Shown here: piece after piece, positions 29,421 to 31,357 of the stretch
Position numbering within the stretch: position 1 is the stretch's first letter
Layout: each line of letters starts with the position of its first letter
Assembly (NCBI GenBank): GCA_002010065.2
Contig: MTMD02000013.1
Location: forward strand, 1-31,357
Direction of reading: 5' to 3'
From: Candidatus Pyrohabitans jungbluthii
GTDB lineage: Archaea; Hydrothermarchaeota; Hydrothermarchaeia; Hydrothermarchaeales; BMS3B
Length of the DNA stretch: 31,357 nt
Notes under the pieces: model-generated
What the model was told of the DNA's origin: nothing
The model's input: the letters and a program-made list of their open reading frames with translations, nothing else
Databases searched by the model: none
Made by a program: the position numbers and the translations under genes

Positions 29421-30671
29421 GTGGCAAAGCCTAGGACTCTGGCAGTACTTTTAGGTTTAGTTTTGGTTCTCGGAATACTCAGCGCAGGGTGTGCACAGAA
29501 GCCAGCGGAGCAGGTACCAAGTGAGGAGAAGCCTGCTGTGGTAAAGAAGACCCACAAAGCTAGAATATACACCAACGGTCACGGTGGACATCTCTCAGTA
29601 ACTGACATAGAGATAGACCCGCGCACAAAGGAAGTGCGAGTGGTTGCTGGTCCTGCAAGGCTCAAGGCTCAGGGCTATGGCAGCGACAAAGCTTCGCATG
29701 CGGTTTCACTCAGCAAGGACGGCAAGACGCTCTACTGGGCAGCTCTTGACGGCACCATAACAGAGATCAACCTCGCTGAGGTTGGGTTAACCTTCGACAA
29801 GACTCCATGGGGTAAGCTCAAGCGCTTTAAGACCTACGTGGCGAAGAATGTGGAGTGGAAGGAACTCGGTGGTAGCGAGGACAACCTGCACTGTGGCACA
29901 AGCCTGAGCCCTGACGGCAAGCTTCTGTATGTCTCGAGCATAGCGAGCGGTGCGGTGCTGGTGTACGACACCCAGAAGCACCAGAAGGTTGACAAGATAC
30001 CTGTCGACGCCTTCCTGTGCACTGCGCAGGTAACCCGTGACGGCAAGTATCTCTATGCTGCGAACATGGCGAGCGGTGTGCTCAACAAGGTCAATCTGAA
30101 GACGGGTGAGGTTGAGAAGAAGGTCGACCTTACTGAGATGAACGGTTACTTCCTGCACATTGGCGAGATTGAGCCCACAGGACGCTATCTGTGGCAGACC
30201 GCAGCCAATGAGTTCAAGGAGGGCAAGCCCTACAACATACCCGTGGAAGGCGCCACCGGCATTGGTCAGGGCTACATAATAATCTACGACACCGTCAAGG
30301 ATGAGCCGGTTGAGGCAATCAACGTGCCGGGCAACCCCCACGATGTGACCTTCACCAAAGACGGGCGCTTCGCTATCTCCTCAATACGCCATCCGCCGAG
30401 CGATCCCACGAGCAGCGCCATAATAGTTATAGACACCCAGAGCAAGCAGCTCCTCAAGATAAAGGACGAGCAGACAGGCAGCGAGGTTACCGAGTTTGAC
30501 GTCTGCAACGCTTGCCACAATGAGGTTGGCGCCGACCTGAGCAACTTCGTTGACCCCGAAACCCAGGTTCTGGTGAACCTCGGCTTGCTGGAGCACCCCG
30601 AGAAGGGCATTGCTCTGCACTGCGGTATAGACGCAGCGTGGGCAGAGAAGGTTAGCCTCGGCTGCGGCTGA
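29421..30671 (+). CDS. YVTN/YncE-like beta-propeller lipoprotein with one CxxCH
   Basis: Lipobox LSAGC; repeated S/T-x-DGKxLYV blades; CNACH near the C-terminus; ends SLGCG. Confidence 0.8.
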   Translation: MAKPRTLAVLLGLVLVLGILSAGCAQKPAEQVPSEEKPAVVKKTHKARIYTNGHGGHLSVTDIEIDPRTKEVRVVAGPARLKAQGYGSDKASHAVSLSKDGKTLYWAALDGTITEINLAEVGLTFDKTPWGKLKRFKTYVAKNVEWKELGGSEDNLHCGTSLSPDGKLLYVSSIASGAVLVYDTQKHQKVDKIPVDAFLCTAQVTRDGKYLYAANMASGVLNKVNLKTGEVEKKVDLTEMNGYFLHIGEIEPTGRYLWQTAANEFKEGKPYNIPVEGATGIGQGYIIIYDTVKDEPVEAINVPGNPHDVTFTKDGRFAISSIRHPPSDPTSSAIIVIDTQSKQLLKIKDEQTGSEVTEFDVCNACHNEVGADLSNFVDPETQVLVNLGLLEHPEKGIALHCGIDAAWAEKVSLGCG

Positions 30672-30680
30672 AGATCTAAA

Positions 30681-30702
30681 CCTTTCTCCCTTTTTTATTT
30701 TT
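30681..30702 (+). terminator. Oligo-T terminator
   Basis: CCTTTCTCCCTTTTTTATTTTT after the stop. Confidence 0.55.
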
Positions 30703-30721
30703 GTGAATCTGTGGTGTGTTT

Positions 30722-31273
30722 ATGAAAAGATTGCTTTTTTTACTGCTTATTTTACTGCCTTCCACTGTTTTAGCTGAACCCACGCTTCTTGTGGACATTC
30801 AGGAGAAAGGCAAGGCTAAGATTACATATGAGATGAAGGACGTGGAGAACATTAAGAATCTCACTCGCACAATGCAAGATCCGATGGTTCAGGCCATAGT
30901 TGGGGAGCGCATCGCCTCACTCTTCTGCTGGGCAATAGAGGACTTCCTCATTGTGCCGGGTGAAGACAGGGTTACAATACTTGTAGATTGTGGTGAGTTT
31001 GCAAAAAAAGTGGGCAAAACTTGGGAAACTGAGGCGAAAAATCTGACAAACATAAAACCGGTGACCATAACAATAAATCTGCCTGGAGGGAGCACATTAG
31101 TTGCGGCTGAGCCAGAGCCAAGTGAGGTTAGAGACAACTCTCTTGTGTGGAAGGAAGTAACCTACATGCCCCGGGTGGTTTACAAGGAAGAAGGTTATCC
31201 CCTAAGCTATGGGGTGGCGGGGGTAATAGCTATCGCGGGCATATTGCTGATCCTCTGGAAGCGGAGAAGATAA
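30722..31273 (+). CDS. Hypothetical surface protein with signal peptide and C-terminal TM anchor
   Basis: MKRLLFLLLILLPSTVLA signal, INLPGG...PEP....N.LVW motif, TM plus KRRR. Confidence 0.7.
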   Translation: MKRLLFLLLILLPSTVLAEPTLLVDIQEKGKAKITYEMKDVENIKNLTRTMQDPMVQAIVGERIASLFCWAIEDFLIVPGEDRVTILVDCGEFAKKVGKTWETEAKNLTNIKPVTITINLPGGSTLVAAEPEPSEVRDNSLVWKEVTYMPRVVYKEEGYPLSYGVAGVIAIAGILLILWKRRR

Positions 31274-31281
31274 GGAGTTCT

Positions 31282-31357
31282 TCAAAGGCTGGTTTGTTGT
31301 ATTTCCATTTTTTCGGTATTTGGCATCATTTTATTGATATCGATCAGGATTAGGAGT
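31282..31357 (-). CDS. 3' end of a gene entering from the right, CheW-like C-terminus (partial)
   Basis: LLILIDINKMMPNTEKMEIQQTSL*; LLILIDINK resembles the last strand/helix of CheW; only 24 residues visible. Confidence 0.4.
   Translation of the reverse strand, partial: LLILIDINKMMPNTEKMEIQQTSL

Noticed and set aside
30660-30726. Sec at the TGA after GCG in the propeller gene
   Set aside because: An oligo-T terminator follows immediately and no SECIS-like hairpin is seen

Overview
This is an archaeal chromosomal window. Evidence: archaeal-type LeuRS, split GMP synthase subunit B, short PurA, tetraether lipid synthase, PAC2 chaperone, tRNAs without encoded CCA, and an A1:U72 tRNA-Gln. A thermophilic anaerobic euryarchaeote such as Hydrothermarchaeota is an inference only. 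Housekeeping content: three tRNAs, fmdE-like/moeA, uspA, DUF473/PAC2/DUF434, receiver+MinD, leuS, leuD-like, sufS-like, purA-pyrG-guaAB, endonuclease IV and tes. Two accessory blocks stand out. (1) 11398-17440 is a four-gene surface cluster whose internal homologies suggest an usher-less, donor-strand-complemented pilus: a small pilin, a tip adhesin ending in a pilin domain without a donor strand, a membrane anchor starting with a donor-like strand, and a membrane-anchored chaperone-like protein. It is flanked by a truncated P-II gene and an AT-rich, palindrome-dense promoter region. (2) 27003-30671 is an extracellular redox module: a membrane-anchored cytochrome with 10 CxxCH plus one CX8CH, a thioredoxin lipoprotein, and a heme-bearing beta-propeller lipoprotein with axial His/Cys residues and a SoxY-like GCG tail. 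Elements missed by the ORF track include a 39-aa zinc-finger gene, a start-less wHTH reading frame in frame behind the sufS amber stop, a structured RNA at 5113-5240, and a CheW-like 3' end at the window edge. No CRISPR array, transposase or integrase was seen. All family calls are by motif recognition; no searches were run.
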